Notes under the pieces: model-generated
Seen by the model: only the letters and a program-made list of their open reading frames with translations
What the model was told of the DNA's origin: nothing
Databases searched by the model: none
DNA from: a virus
Reading direction: 5' to 3' (one strand)
Length of the DNA: 46,520 bases
Virus genome (UHGV): UHGV-1365321
Position numbers and translations under genes: made by a program
In this document: positions 1 to 8,442 of the stretch, in pieces
How the letters are laid out: the number at the start of each line of letters is the position of its first letter
Position numbering within the stretch: the first letter of the stretch is position 1

Positions 1-175
1 TGATAAGACCGTTGGCCTCAAGCGCTGGTCTGATGGCATTCAGGAATGACTCAAGGTTGGCGTAGTTGCTTTTAAGGTGCGGGTTTTGCGCGTTCTTTTT
101 GGCGCTGCTACTCATTACCTTGCGAGCCTCTACCAGAGCCTTAATCAGGTTTGCTTTCTGTTCTGAAAATCTCAT
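1..175 (-). CDS. erf: ERF-family single-strand annealing protein, N-terminal 58 codons plus 1 nt; continues at the window right end (46520 downward)
   Basis: ATG at 175 on minus. Translates MRFSEQKANLIKALVEARKVMSSSAKKNAQNPHLKSNYANLESFLNAIRPALEANGLI. The NPHLKSNYANLE segment and the later SAMTYARRYSIASMFGI segment resemble phage P22 Erf. The frame continues exactly into the right-end ORF. Confidence 0.75.
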   Translation of the reverse strand, partial: MRFSEQKANLIKALVEARKVMSSSAKKNAQNPHLKSNYANLESFLNAIRPALEANGLI

Positions 176-198
176 CACTTCACCTCATTTACTATAAA

Positions 199-1140
199 TT
201 ACAGGTTAAATTGCTTTTTGAACCATTCTGGCGTTTCCATTTCGATGACCGGATTACCCATTGAGTAACCGGGCCATGAACTAGCCTTTTTGCATGCCTT
301 ATAGATTTCCATCGCGCTGCGCAGCTGAATGCGACCAATGCGTAACTGTTCATCAGTCAGACGAATCAACGCAGGGATGAATGGCGATTTCTTCTCCTGC
401 ACCAGAAGATTTACCGAGCGAGGTGCATGCCCATAAGCCTCGACAAACATGTCGTGCTGCATCGCCATCTTCATAAAGTACCCGAGACGCGCTGCATGGC
501 GGAAAAACTCATCAGGCTTTGCGCTGACCGCTGTTTTGTAGTCGATGATATCGCCACCGCGAGTAAGGCAGTCAAATCGCACCTTGGATGACTCGCCAAG
601 CAACTCACCGAGAATTGACACCTCGGAATAAGCACCAGAAAGCAGGCTGCTGTAATAGCTGTTTGCATGGATTACAGCGCGCATCTGCATGATGGCGTCA
701 TAATCATCGCCTTCCAGCAAAATTCTTCCTTTTGCATTTAGTTCAGCAAACAGGCGCTCTTCATCATAGATTCTAACTGGCTCTCCAGTTGAGCGTATGA
801 TTTTGATCACCTCAGCCTTTGTCTTGCCAGAGAGCCCCTTAATGCCGCGCTCTTTCGCCCATGAGTTCATATCGCTCACAGTAACAAGCAGTTCAGCGCC
901 AAAATCCTCTTTCGTCGGCATGCGGGCATATTCGGCTTCGAAGCGCTCAGGCTCAAGCAGTGCGGTATGGCTACCGGTTCCGAAGACAAGAGCCTTTGAT
1001 TGCTCATCTTCTTCGTCTTTATAGCGCCACGCTGCCGGGCAGCGATCATAGATGTTCCACAGGCCAGAGCCATTGATGTGCTCTGTGTCAGCATGATACT
1101 GGTCATTACTGAGTTCGTTGTTTAAATAAACTTTCATCAA
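199..1140 (-). CDS. recombination exonuclease, PD-(D/E)XK family (RecE/lambda-Exo/YqaJ-like)
   Basis: 313 aa ORF with a D..DIIDYK nuclease motif. It sits directly downstream of erf in the same operon. Confidence 0.6.
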   Translation of the reverse strand: MMKVYLNNELSNDQYHADTEHINGSGLWNIYDRCPAAWRYKDEEDEQSKALVFGTGSHTALLEPERFEAEYARMPTKEDFGAELLVTVSDMNSWAKERGIKGLSGKTKAEVIKIIRSTGEPVRIYDEERLFAELNAKGRILLEGDDYDAIMQMRAVIHANSYYSSLLSGAYSEVSILGELLGESSKVRFDCLTRGGDIIDYKTAVSAKPDEFFRHAARLGYFMKMAMQHDMFVEAYGHAPRSVNLLVQEKKSPFIPALIRLTDEQLRIGRIQLRSAMEIYKACKKASSWPGYSMGNPVIEMETPEWFKKQFNL

Positions 1141-1163
1141 TCACCTCTTTTTATTGTTAAGTC

Positions 1164-1184
1164 AATCTACATCAAGCCACGTCA
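1164..1184. promoter_or_regulatory. conserved motif copy AATCTACATCAA plus degenerate second copy CCACGTCA
   Basis: Intergenic between the exonuclease start and the VRR-NUC gene end. On the minus strand it reads TTGATGTAGATT upstream of the exonuclease gene. Confidence 0.4.
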
Positions 1185-1598
1185 TTCATCAAGCCCAAAA
1201 TAGAATAACGTAGCCTTTTTTATCTCATTAAGACCATAAGCAATGGCGCCAAAGTGACCCTCTGCAATGGCGCACTCAAGAACCTCAATCTGCGATGGCG
1301 ATACTTTTGATTTTGTCTTATCACGCCTCTTCAGTTCAATCAGGCCGCATTTATGATTAACACCGTGGGTTAGTATCACATTGTCGCTTACGCCGCTCCT
1401 GACGCCCATTTTTCGGCGTTTTTCGATGAATTGCGGACCACTCTTTGTGCCGGTCTCATTTGGAACATGAAACCAAAGAGCATCAGGAAAACGGTATTGC
1501 ATCCACAGACCATAGGCCATCTGGTCAGATTCCTCCCTTGGGCACTCCCCGCGATAACCGCTATCAAATACCCATATTCCACTATCAAGCTGCTTCAA
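1182..1598 (-). CDS. VRR-NUC domain nuclease
   Basis: 138 aa. Has GVSDNVIL ... GLIELK ... SPSQ, typical of the VRR-NUC PD-(D/E)XK fold. Confidence 0.6.
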   Translation of the reverse strand: MKQLDSGIWVFDSGYRGECPREESDQMAYGLWMQYRFPDALWFHVPNETGTKSGPQFIEKRRKMGVRSGVSDNVILTHGVNHKCGLIELKRRDKTKSKVSPSQIEVLECAIAEGHFGAIAYGLNEIKKATLFYFGLDE

Positions 1599-2119
1599 TT
1601 TGTTCTCCTGCCGTGGTTTTGATGGAATCCGTGCTTAACCTCGGCTTCCTCTCTTGCTTTTGCTGCATTATTAAAATCAACAAATAGCCCAAGATAAATG
1701 TTTTTACCCTTTACTTTTATTTGAGCCATCCATTTCTTCCTGTCTGAGTTCCATGTCACACCAGTAACTCCAGAGGTGTTATTGGTTGCGATACTTTGAT
1801 TCATGCCATTCCCAAGATTATTAACTAACCTGAGATTTTCTATTCGATTATCATCACGAACATGGTTGATATGATCAATCTGCATATCTCCTTGTATTTG
1901 ACCGTTATGCATTTCCCATATGATTCTATGTGCACGATAAAGACCCCTGCCAATCCTGACCATTACATAACCAAACCTTGGGCACTTGTTACCTGCAGTT
2001 TTATGTGCAAACCTAGTATTCCAAGTAGCTGCTGACCTCTTAGTTTTAAAAGTTGAAACATCTCTTTCCTTCCATATAAGAAAGCCATTTTCATAGTAAA
2101 AATAATCATGCCAGTTCAT
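1595..2119 (-). CDS. HNH homing endonuclease with AP2 domain (copy 1 of 3)
   Basis: 174 aa with HRIIWEMHNG..IDHINHVRDDNRIENLRLV followed by the AP2-like SGVTGVTW..KWMAQI. Confidence 0.75.
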   Translation of the reverse strand: MNWHDYFYYENGFLIWKERDVSTFKTKRSAATWNTRFAHKTAGNKCPRFGYVMVRIGRGLYRAHRIIWEMHNGQIQGDMQIDHINHVRDDNRIENLRLVNNLGNGMNQSIATNNTSGVTGVTWNSDRKKWMAQIKVKGKNIYLGLFVDFNNAAKAREEAEVKHGFHQNHGRRTN

Positions 2120-4037
2120 TTTTTTGTCCGAATTCTTTTCTGTGGATGATATCGCGGCCTTTATCGTTAAACCGGTGCGTGATGCGCTTTGGTGCGCGGA
2201 TGAGACCAGTGAACGCCATGAATGCTTTTGCGCTGTGGCAATTCATGAGGTTATCAATCAGATTCCTGTCTGACACATGGTTTAGTAATCCTTTAATCTT
2301 AAACTGATTTTTCAGGTACTTCTCCTGCCTTCCGAATGGATAGAATACCTCGTTGGCCCAGCCATCTTTGCCGTTTTCTTTCGTGATGAAATAACGATAA
2401 ACAACACCCTTCTCATCTTTCGTTAGCTCAATCTTGAAATCCTTTACATCAGTCCATTCTTTATCAGTGTATGCCCGTTCATTCAGCGCTGCATTAGGGT
2501 CGCGCAAAACGTGATCGCATTGACGGCAATAACGAGCTGTTGGGTCGTTTTTTGTTCCACAGCCATCATCAAAAATACGGATGCCGTGCTTGTCGAAACC
2601 ACAGCGAATGAAACTGAAAAACTCTTCGCATCGTCCGTCTGGCGATGTTGCATCTTTACCGATGCAGCGCCGTGCATATGGGCTGTTCATCGTCTGGCAT
2701 TTAGGGCATGGAACCTGCTCTCCGCTACGCTTGGCGCGCTGCGCTTCTGCTTCCTCAAGAATAGGGTCTTCGTACAGACCGCCCAACTCGAACATAGTTC
2801 CGGTGAAGTCAAGGCAAAGGTGGTTTTCTTTCACCAGACCTGCGGCAATCTGCTCAGGCTTTAAAAGGCGCATTGGTCGGCCAAGCAACTGCGTCAGAAG
2901 CGTCAGGGACATAATTTTTCTCAGAATGACAGACGTGTCCCAATATGGGATGTTGACGCCAGTAGTGAGGCAACCTATTTGCAGCGTGTATTTTTTGCGC
3001 CCGGCTGCCGCATCTTTCAGCGCTTTCCGTCTGGCTTTCTGCCCCATATCCTCGGTAACAATGGAATAACTGCCTTCTGGTAAATATTTTGCAGCCTCCT
3101 TGCAATGTTTCTTACCGGCGCAGGTAATGAGTACACCGAGTCTGTCGCGCGTAAGCTCCATGACTTTGAGCATTATTTTTTGCGTCAATGTACCCTGCTT
3201 GAGAATTTCTTCCTGCATCTCTTTTAGCTGGCTATCAGTGAAGTCCTGCACGCCGTCAACATCACTACTGGCAAACTCATGCAGATCGTATTGCAAGTCT
3301 TCGATATCCTGACCCCCGAAGATAGTCGGAACCAGAAACCCTAAATCAACAAGGTATTTTGTGCTGATGTTAACTATTTCGTGTTTCCAGTAAGCCCCCT
3401 TTATCGACTCAACTCCGCGAAACGGGCTGCCGGTGTAGCCAATGACAATCACCTCATGACCGTACTTCGCTTTACAGCGCCTGTTAAGTTCATTCATGAT
3501 GACACCGTACTGCGTCTCTGGCTGCTCTGATATTATGTCCTGCCAGTTAACCTGGTGACATTCGTCGACGAGTATGTAGCGAGGGGTAAAGTCAGAAAGC
3601 AAAGATTTTGTCACTGTGCCATCGTCTGCCGTCTTATCAAAAAGGCCATTTATTATTGTGCCCTCTGTTCCCGCGATAAGCGGATAGGCATACGCCTTAC
3701 GTCCAAGAGATGCGCTAAACAAAGAGTTTTTTACGCTCAGATTCCAAAGCTCCTGAGCATCCTGCTCAATAATTTCACCTTGTCGCGCTATAACCAGGCC
3801 TTCCCATCCCATATCCTGAAACCGGCGGGCAATCATGGCGATCATGATTGTCTTACCAGCACCCACTGATGCTGTCACAAAACTTGGTTTAGGTTCTCTA
3901 CCAAACTTTCGGATAACCTCCGCTGTCTTTTCATATACCAGCCATTGGTAGGGGCGCGGTTCAATTTCCCCGGTATGGATGCTGGCCCGCAGCTTATCCA
4001 TATCCAGCTCAGCAATCATTGCATCAATTTTTTGCAT
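2106..4037 (-). CDS. SF2 DNA helicase (DEAD/DEAH-like) with C-terminal Cys-rich zinc-finger region
   Basis: 643 aa. Walker A GAGKT, DEAH-like LVDECHQV, and C-terminal CPKCQT..CRQCDH. Confidence 0.8.
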   Translation of the reverse strand: MQKIDAMIAELDMDKLRASIHTGEIEPRPYQWLVYEKTAEVIRKFGREPKPSFVTASVGAGKTIMIAMIARRFQDMGWEGLVIARQGEIIEQDAQELWNLSVKNSLFSASLGRKAYAYPLIAGTEGTIINGLFDKTADDGTVTKSLLSDFTPRYILVDECHQVNWQDIISEQPETQYGVIMNELNRRCKAKYGHEVIVIGYTGSPFRGVESIKGAYWKHEIVNISTKYLVDLGFLVPTIFGGQDIEDLQYDLHEFASSDVDGVQDFTDSQLKEMQEEILKQGTLTQKIMLKVMELTRDRLGVLITCAGKKHCKEAAKYLPEGSYSIVTEDMGQKARRKALKDAAAGRKKYTLQIGCLTTGVNIPYWDTSVILRKIMSLTLLTQLLGRPMRLLKPEQIAAGLVKENHLCLDFTGTMFELGGLYEDPILEEAEAQRAKRSGEQVPCPKCQTMNSPYARRCIGKDATSPDGRCEEFFSFIRCGFDKHGIRIFDDGCGTKNDPTARYCRQCDHVLRDPNAALNERAYTDKEWTDVKDFKIELTKDEKGVVYRYFITKENGKDGWANEVFYPFGRQEKYLKNQFKIKGLLNHVSDRNLIDNLMNCHSAKAFMAFTGLIRAPKRITHRFNDKGRDIIHRKEFGQKNELA

Positions 4038-4051
4038 TTTGAATCACCCAA

Positions 4052-4573
4052 TTATTTCAATCGACCAAAATCTTTGTGGTATTTTTTAGATGCTATTGCA
4101 TACGCCATTGCGGCTGCTTCTTTTGTGGCATGCCTTCCAAGCCATATTTTTTTATTATTAACCCATATCCAGCAAGTCCATCTACCTGTCTGCTTGCAAA
4201 AACCTACACCTTTCACTCCTGATGTGTTGTGTTTTGGGGTTCTCATGTTTCTAACATTTTCGTTAAAGTTTGCCTCTCTAAGGTTTTCTATTTTGTTGTT
4301 TAAAGGATTCCCATCGATATGGTCTATTATTAACTCAGGCCAATAACCATGCACTAACGCCCATATTATTCTATGAACCTTTATATCAAAGCCTAAAAAA
4401 CCAACCTGAAGATATCCACTTACAGTCTTTGAGCCTGCAATAGCACCACGTTTCACCCTGTTTGTTGTTGTTCTTTTCCATATGAGATTTATTCCGTCAT
4501 ATGAAAAATACTCATGCAGCGTGGATACTGGTATTGACCTCTCTTTTGACTTCATCAATTCGAAATCATTCAC
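4052..4573 (-). CDS. HNH homing endonuclease with AP2 domain (copy 2 of 3)
   Basis: 173 aa with HRIIWALVHG..IDHIDGNPLNNKIENLR and SGVKGVGF..RWTCWI. Confidence 0.75.
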   Translation of the reverse strand: MNDFELMKSKERSIPVSTLHEYFSYDGINLIWKRTTTNRVKRGAIAGSKTVSGYLQVGFLGFDIKVHRIIWALVHGYWPELIIDHIDGNPLNNKIENLREANFNENVRNMRTPKHNTSGVKGVGFCKQTGRWTCWIWVNNKKIWLGRHATKEAAAMAYAIASKKYHKDFGRLK

Positions 4574-4635
4574 TTTACGTTACCCTCATTCAGTGTTACG
4601 CTTAAAGCATACAAACAGTAACAGATGGAGTCAAC

Positions 4636-5526
4636 ATGTTTTATTGGGAAGATATACGACAAAGGATGATTGGAAACTGGGAGGCCGCGCTGCTATCAAT
4701 AGTGAATATTGACAGGAAGGTTTTTAATGGAAAGCATCAGCCATGCCCTCATTGCATGGGTAAGGACAGGTTTAGGTGGGATAACAACTTCGAAACAAAA
4801 GGTGACGGCGGCGCCATATGCAACCAGTGTGGAAACGGTAGCGGAATCACCTGGTTAATGAAGCTGTCAGGAATGACGTTTCCAGAGTCAATGGAGGCAC
4901 TGGCCGGATTTCTGAACATGCACCCACGCGAAAAACTTGAGGCGATTAGAAAGCAACTTCCTAAGGTCAACCATGCTTCTGACTGCCTAACAGAGGCAGA
5001 AGTGGCGGCCATCATGGAAAAAGCAGGAGGCGACACCATAACCGGCAAAACTGGTGAACTGGTGGCGATACCTCTCTATATGGCTGGAACTATGACGCCG
5101 TGCAACGTGGCTTTCATTGCTGACGATGAAAGCGTGTCATTTCGCGCGGGTTTTAGCCATGAGTACACTCGCGGAAGACTTACGCGAGGCGCAGTTACAC
5201 CCATCGGCGATAAGACTGAATGGACATACCTGGTTGCGGATTACTTAGGTGCCTGGCGAGCGCATCGGCTTACCGGTGCTCATGTCTGGTGTTGCTGGTC
5301 GCCGGAAAACATGTGGGAAGTTGTGCGCAATGTGAGCGATGAACAGCGAGCCAAACTACGCTGCATCATTAATAATAATTTCGATGAGGTATGCGCCGCC
5401 GAGAATGCAGGTCTTCCGATACTGATTACTAATGATGGTCAGTATATCCGTTACAGCGGCGCTATCAGAAAAAGGCTGTATAAACCAGAAGAGCTACTTG
5501 AAGCACTAAAAAACAAACCCTCCTGA
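4636..5526 (+). CDS. putative DNA primase, zinc-ribbon (primase-helicase Zn-binding) domain protein
   Basis: 296 aa. HQPCPHCMGKDRFRWD...GGAICNQCG matches the P4-alpha-type primase Zn-ribbon consensus. It is a lone plus-strand gene inside the minus-strand operon. Confidence 0.55.
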   Translation: MFYWEDIRQRMIGNWEAALLSIVNIDRKVFNGKHQPCPHCMGKDRFRWDNNFETKGDGGAICNQCGNGSGITWLMKLSGMTFPESMEALAGFLNMHPREKLEAIRKQLPKVNHASDCLTEAEVAAIMEKAGGDTITGKTGELVAIPLYMAGTMTPCNVAFIADDESVSFRAGFSHEYTRGRLTRGAVTPIGDKTEWTYLVADYLGAWRAHRLTGAHVWCCWSPENMWEVVRNVSDEQRAKLRCIINNNFDEVCAAENAGLPILITNDGQYIRYSGAIRKRLYKPEELLEALKNKPS

Positions 5527-5551
5527 TGGAGGGTTTTTGTTTATGGTTTTT
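5509..5551. terminator. bidirectional rho-independent terminator
   Basis: Hairpin AAACCCTCC-TGAT-GGAGGGTTT with an A-run before and a T-run after. It separates the convergent genes 4636..5526 (+) and 5541..5762 (-). Confidence 0.7.
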
Positions 5552-5762
5552 TTGGAACTGGCATCCAGTGAGTAACATCAATTGTTACCATGTTATCAAG
5601 AACTCCATCAGAGTCGATGCTGCACCAAGATACATCCTGAAACCAGTGCCCTTGCAGATAGACTCCATGTAGTGGCTCATCATCTTTTGGGTAAAAAATT
5701 ACTTTTGTATTTTCATCTGGTAATTTTTCACTGCATTTAATCCATTTGTTTTTCATCTCCAC
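5541..5762 (-). CDS. DUF551-like small protein
   Basis: 73 aa ending THWMPVPKKP. The same C-terminal motif recurs in 9720..10268 (THWQPLPEPP). Confidence 0.5.
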   Translation of the reverse strand: MEMKNKWIKCSEKLPDENTKVIFYPKDDEPLHGVYLQGHWFQDVSWCSIDSDGVLDNMVTIDVTHWMPVPKKP

Positions 5763-7243
5763 CCTCTCTGTGCCGCCATATTCATGCCGATACCCTCAAC
5801 AATCTGAGAAAATTTAATGCTCATTTTTGTCGACTCAAACTTGCTCGCGTCGTTAATCCAGTAACCGCAACCGACAGCATCAATAGCTCTTGACTCCATT
5901 AATGCCTGCATTACTGGCGTGATAAGTGTTTTTGCGCCGAAATTAAAATCCTCTCCATTGGTACGAGCAATAGCTTCTGCCAGTCCTTTTAGCGACTTGG
6001 TTTTAACTACGCGCTGAATAATGCTTGACTGAGGCATTGAATCATCGCGTGTTCTACCAGATAGCACGTTTTCAATGCGGTTTTTAATCTCGTTCCATCG
6101 CGCCATAGTACCAAGTTCCTCCTGGCTCTCATTCACTTTAAGCATGCTCATCACGTCAGTAAGGCTTTCGCATACAAAGCAAAAAGCCCACATCAGCATA
6201 GCTTCTGTAATGACTCCTTTATTGCCAGCTGAAAGAGCTGTTGCAACTTTTTCCACTTGCTCAAATGAACGTGATATTACAGCCCCTAGCGCAACATCAT
6301 TCCGCAACTCCTCAAAACGATCATCAAGAGATTCGGCAAGTTGCTCAACCATTGTATCTTCATACCTTGCCACGGTAGGTGCTGATTTCTCTATCTGTTT
6401 CATCTTCTCGATAAGCGATGGCGGCGTCTTGTGACCGAATCTTTTTGCTTTCCTTGCTCGGCCATCTTTCCCTTTGATGAATATCGCACGACCAATAAGG
6501 CCGGTGCCGATATTTTCAGAGCAGATGATGCTTGCCAGCTTTTCAGGCGTTGAGAAGCACATCATTGAAAATATAGGGTCTTCTATCCCGTTCTGAATAG
6601 GCCATAAAATATCTCTTTCGAGTTGCATTTCACGGCGACGATACTCAGTCTCAACAATGCCTTTATCCTTAACTTCTGCTCGCAGTTTTTTTAACTCCTT
6701 CTCCAGCAACTCCTTCGCATTAATGGCATCAAGGTCAGAGAATTTTTTCAGGCGGTCTGAATAGATTGAGAGAATTTCAGAGCCAAGCTCTGCCATATAG
6801 GTGGCGCCATTCTTTTGTGACATCACGCCAAAAAGACCATGGCATTCATCAATAATAAATGTTGCCACGCCTTCGTGGTTTATCAGTGTTCTTCCGATAT
6901 CTTTTGATGATGCTATGCGGCCAAAAACGTGCTGACCTTTGTCGATATCGCGGGCGATCATCTTGAAATGACTTTGAGAACGGTCTTTACCACCGGCGGA
7001 ATCAGCAATGCAGATGGTCAGCAAGTTTCCTTTCATGCCGCTTGGAGTTTTAATTTTACCTTTGCTGGCAATGACCAGCTCATGCAGTGCTGCCACAGCG
7101 CGCAACCTTGGCTGTTCTCGCACTTCACCAGCGGCGATATCTTCAGCTATCTCGCCGGCAAGGCCTGGCGGCTTGGTGATGTCGTACCATGAGTCTTTTT
7201 TTATGTCTGCTGTAAGGTCGTAAATGGTCTTTATTGCCATCAT
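5753..7243 (-). CDS. putative replication protein / deviant P-loop ATPase (possible initiator)
   Basis: 496 aa. Walker-A-like ADSAGGKD and Walker-B-like FIIDECHG. It is adjacent to the iteron region. Confidence 0.4.
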   Translation of the reverse strand: MMAIKTIYDLTADIKKDSWYDITKPPGLAGEIAEDIAAGEVREQPRLRAVAALHELVIASKGKIKTPSGMKGNLLTICIADSAGGKDRSQSHFKMIARDIDKGQHVFGRIASSKDIGRTLINHEGVATFIIDECHGLFGVMSQKNGATYMAELGSEILSIYSDRLKKFSDLDAINAKELLEKELKKLRAEVKDKGIVETEYRRREMQLERDILWPIQNGIEDPIFSMMCFSTPEKLASIICSENIGTGLIGRAIFIKGKDGRARKAKRFGHKTPPSLIEKMKQIEKSAPTVARYEDTMVEQLAESLDDRFEELRNDVALGAVISRSFEQVEKVATALSAGNKGVITEAMLMWAFCFVCESLTDVMSMLKVNESQEELGTMARWNEIKNRIENVLSGRTRDDSMPQSSIIQRVVKTKSLKGLAEAIARTNGEDFNFGAKTLITPVMQALMESRAIDAVGCGYWINDASKFESTKMSIKFSQIVEGIGMNMAAQRGWR

Positions 7244-7455
7244 GAGATCCTTCTGATGGTGAGGATTTCTTTATGGTTGTCAAAACGTGTGATGAACATC
7301 ATGCCAGCATCCTTTGAAACTTTTGAAAGGTTCATCCTGAATCTTGCTATGTCCATGCCAACTATCTCGCTGGACGGCAAGAGCTTAACTTCATTGACAT
7401 TAATGCCAGATACGTGATGGTAAACGTGAGCCAAATCGCTGCCAGGTCTGTACAT
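7240..7455 (-). CDS. hypothetical small early protein (first gene of early-left operon)
   Basis: 71 aa ORF with strong SD AAGGAGGAG and an upstream sigma70-like promoter. Confidence 0.55.
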   Translation of the reverse strand: MYRPGSDLAHVYHHVSGINVNEVKLLPSSEIVGMDIARFRMNLSKVSKDAGMMFITRFDNHKEILTIRRIS

Positions 7456-7476
7456 AACTCCTCCTTATTTTTTGTG

Positions 7477-7505
7477 ATTATAAAATATTAAATAAATCGG
7501 CGCAA
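7477..7505 (-). promoter_or_regulatory. early-left promoter (sigma70-like TTGCGC-17-TATAAT on minus strand)
   Basis: Read from the sequence: -10 at 7477..7482 (minus), -35 at 7500..7505, followed by SD AAGGAGGAGTT. Confidence 0.6.
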
Positions 7506-7537
7506 TACCTTACCTGCTTGTTCGCGGGTCGTGCTTC

Positions 7538-7822
7538 GGGTTGAAATGGATAAAGTTGGATAAGCGTTTGGATAAGTGTTTTTACATACTATGTATATGT
7601 ATTTACTACTATTATTATCAATAGATAGTAGTATTTATCCAATTCAACCCATTTTTTGCTTTGCGTTTTTTGAGCACAAAAATACATCCAACTTTTTCCA
7701 GTTGTCTCTCTCAGGATAATGGGTTAAGGGATAAATGGTTGAGCAGAATGTAAGTTAATGAATAAAAACGGTTATCTATGGTTAAATCAAAAAAAATATT
7801 GGGTTGAATGGGTTGAGCGTGG
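7538..7822. repeat. putative origin of replication: iteron arrays flanking an AT-rich unwinding element
   Basis: GGATAA(G/A) at 7548, 7558 and 7570 (roughly helical spacing), with further copies at 7714 and 7728. GGGTTGA(A/G) at 7538, 7737, 7802 and 7811, plus an inverted copy at 7641..7650. The AT-rich 7580..7640 contains the inverted repeat CTACTAT..ATAGATAGTAG. Confidence 0.6.
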
Positions 7823-7896
7823 TATATAAATATCAATGACTTATGAAATTGATAACTGTAAGTGACTACTAACCATATTTTATTTTCACCATCATG

Positions 7897-7925
7897 TTGA
7901 CGTAGATTTAGCGCCATCGTATAGT
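7897..7925 (+). promoter_or_regulatory. early-right promoter TTGACG-17-TATAGT (the -35 is part of the motif TTGACGTAGATT)
   Basis: Near-consensus sigma70 spacing; followed by SD AAGAGGTGA and the gene at 7957. Confidence 0.7.
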
Positions 7926-7956
7926 TACCACACCAACAGCAAAGAGGTGATGAAGA

Positions 7957-8142
7957 ATGACCAAAGCAATCTACACGCGCACTCAACTGGAGCCAGAAAT
8001 GGGCGCAGTGAAAGCGCAAAACTTTATGATGGCGCAGGCAATGCATGCATACAGCAACGGTAAGCGCGTCTGTCGCGTTTTTAGTGGCGAAGGCAAGCAG
8101 AGAGTGCTTGAGCTGGTTATCGTGTCATCTGGTGGAAACTAA
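7957..8142 (+). CDS. hypothetical early protein
   Basis: 61 aa ORF with good SD. Confidence 0.55.
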   Translation: MTKAIYTRTQLEPEMGAVKAQNFMMAQAMHAYSNGKRVCRVFSGEGKQRVLELVIVSSGGN

Positions 8143-8157
8143 ACCGGTTTAGCAACG

Positions 8158-8331
8158 ATGAATAAATTACTTGCAGTGGTTCTACTGGTTATCGCTAACG
8201 CGGCAAGCGCGGAAACGATATGGGTAACGAAGTACGCACTTACTCGTGGCATTCAGAAGTACGAAAGCGCACAGTTGTTTGCTGATGGGCAGGTTGCTGT
8301 GGTTGGCGATGTTTACTTTAAACGTGGTTAA
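8158..8331 (+). CDS. small secreted protein (signal peptide); frame stays open after the TAA through 8436
   Basis: MNKLLAVVLLVIANAASA-ETIW... gives an SPase-I type signal. A single TAA at 8329 is followed by 34 in-frame codons with no stop. Confidence 0.5.
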   Translation: MNKLLAVVLLVIANAASAETIWVTKYALTRGIQKYESAQLFADGQVAVVGDVYFKRG

Positions 8332-8442
8332 TACTGGCTTGATGAGCAGCAGGCAAAAGAGCATGCAGAGACTTTGCGGCAACGCCGGGTATCTGCACTG
8401 ATGCGTGAGCTTGAGCGTTTACAGGCTGTTAAGTGAGGATTT

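Noticed and set aside
471-1106. ORFs 471..668(-), 797..1024(+) and 876..1106(-), nested within or antisense to the exonuclease gene
   Set aside because: They overlap a longer ORF that carries a recognisable nuclease motif and have low-complexity or odd composition; typical shadow ORFs.
2483-3869. Several 60-160 aa ORFs on both strands inside the helicase gene
   Set aside because: They fall entirely within the 643 aa helicase ORF, which carries Walker A and DEAH motifs, and show no independent starts or RBS; shadow ORFs.
7634-7642. DnaA-box-like TTATCCAAT in the ori region
   Set aside because: Only a 7/9 match and a single copy; mentioned as context, not called as a feature.
8182-8382. Minus-strand 66 aa ORF covering the secreted-protein locus
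   Set aside because: It is antisense to a plus-strand frame that is open for 92 codons bar one TAA, and the plus frame has a signal peptide and a coiled-coil-like product; the minus ORF looks spurious.
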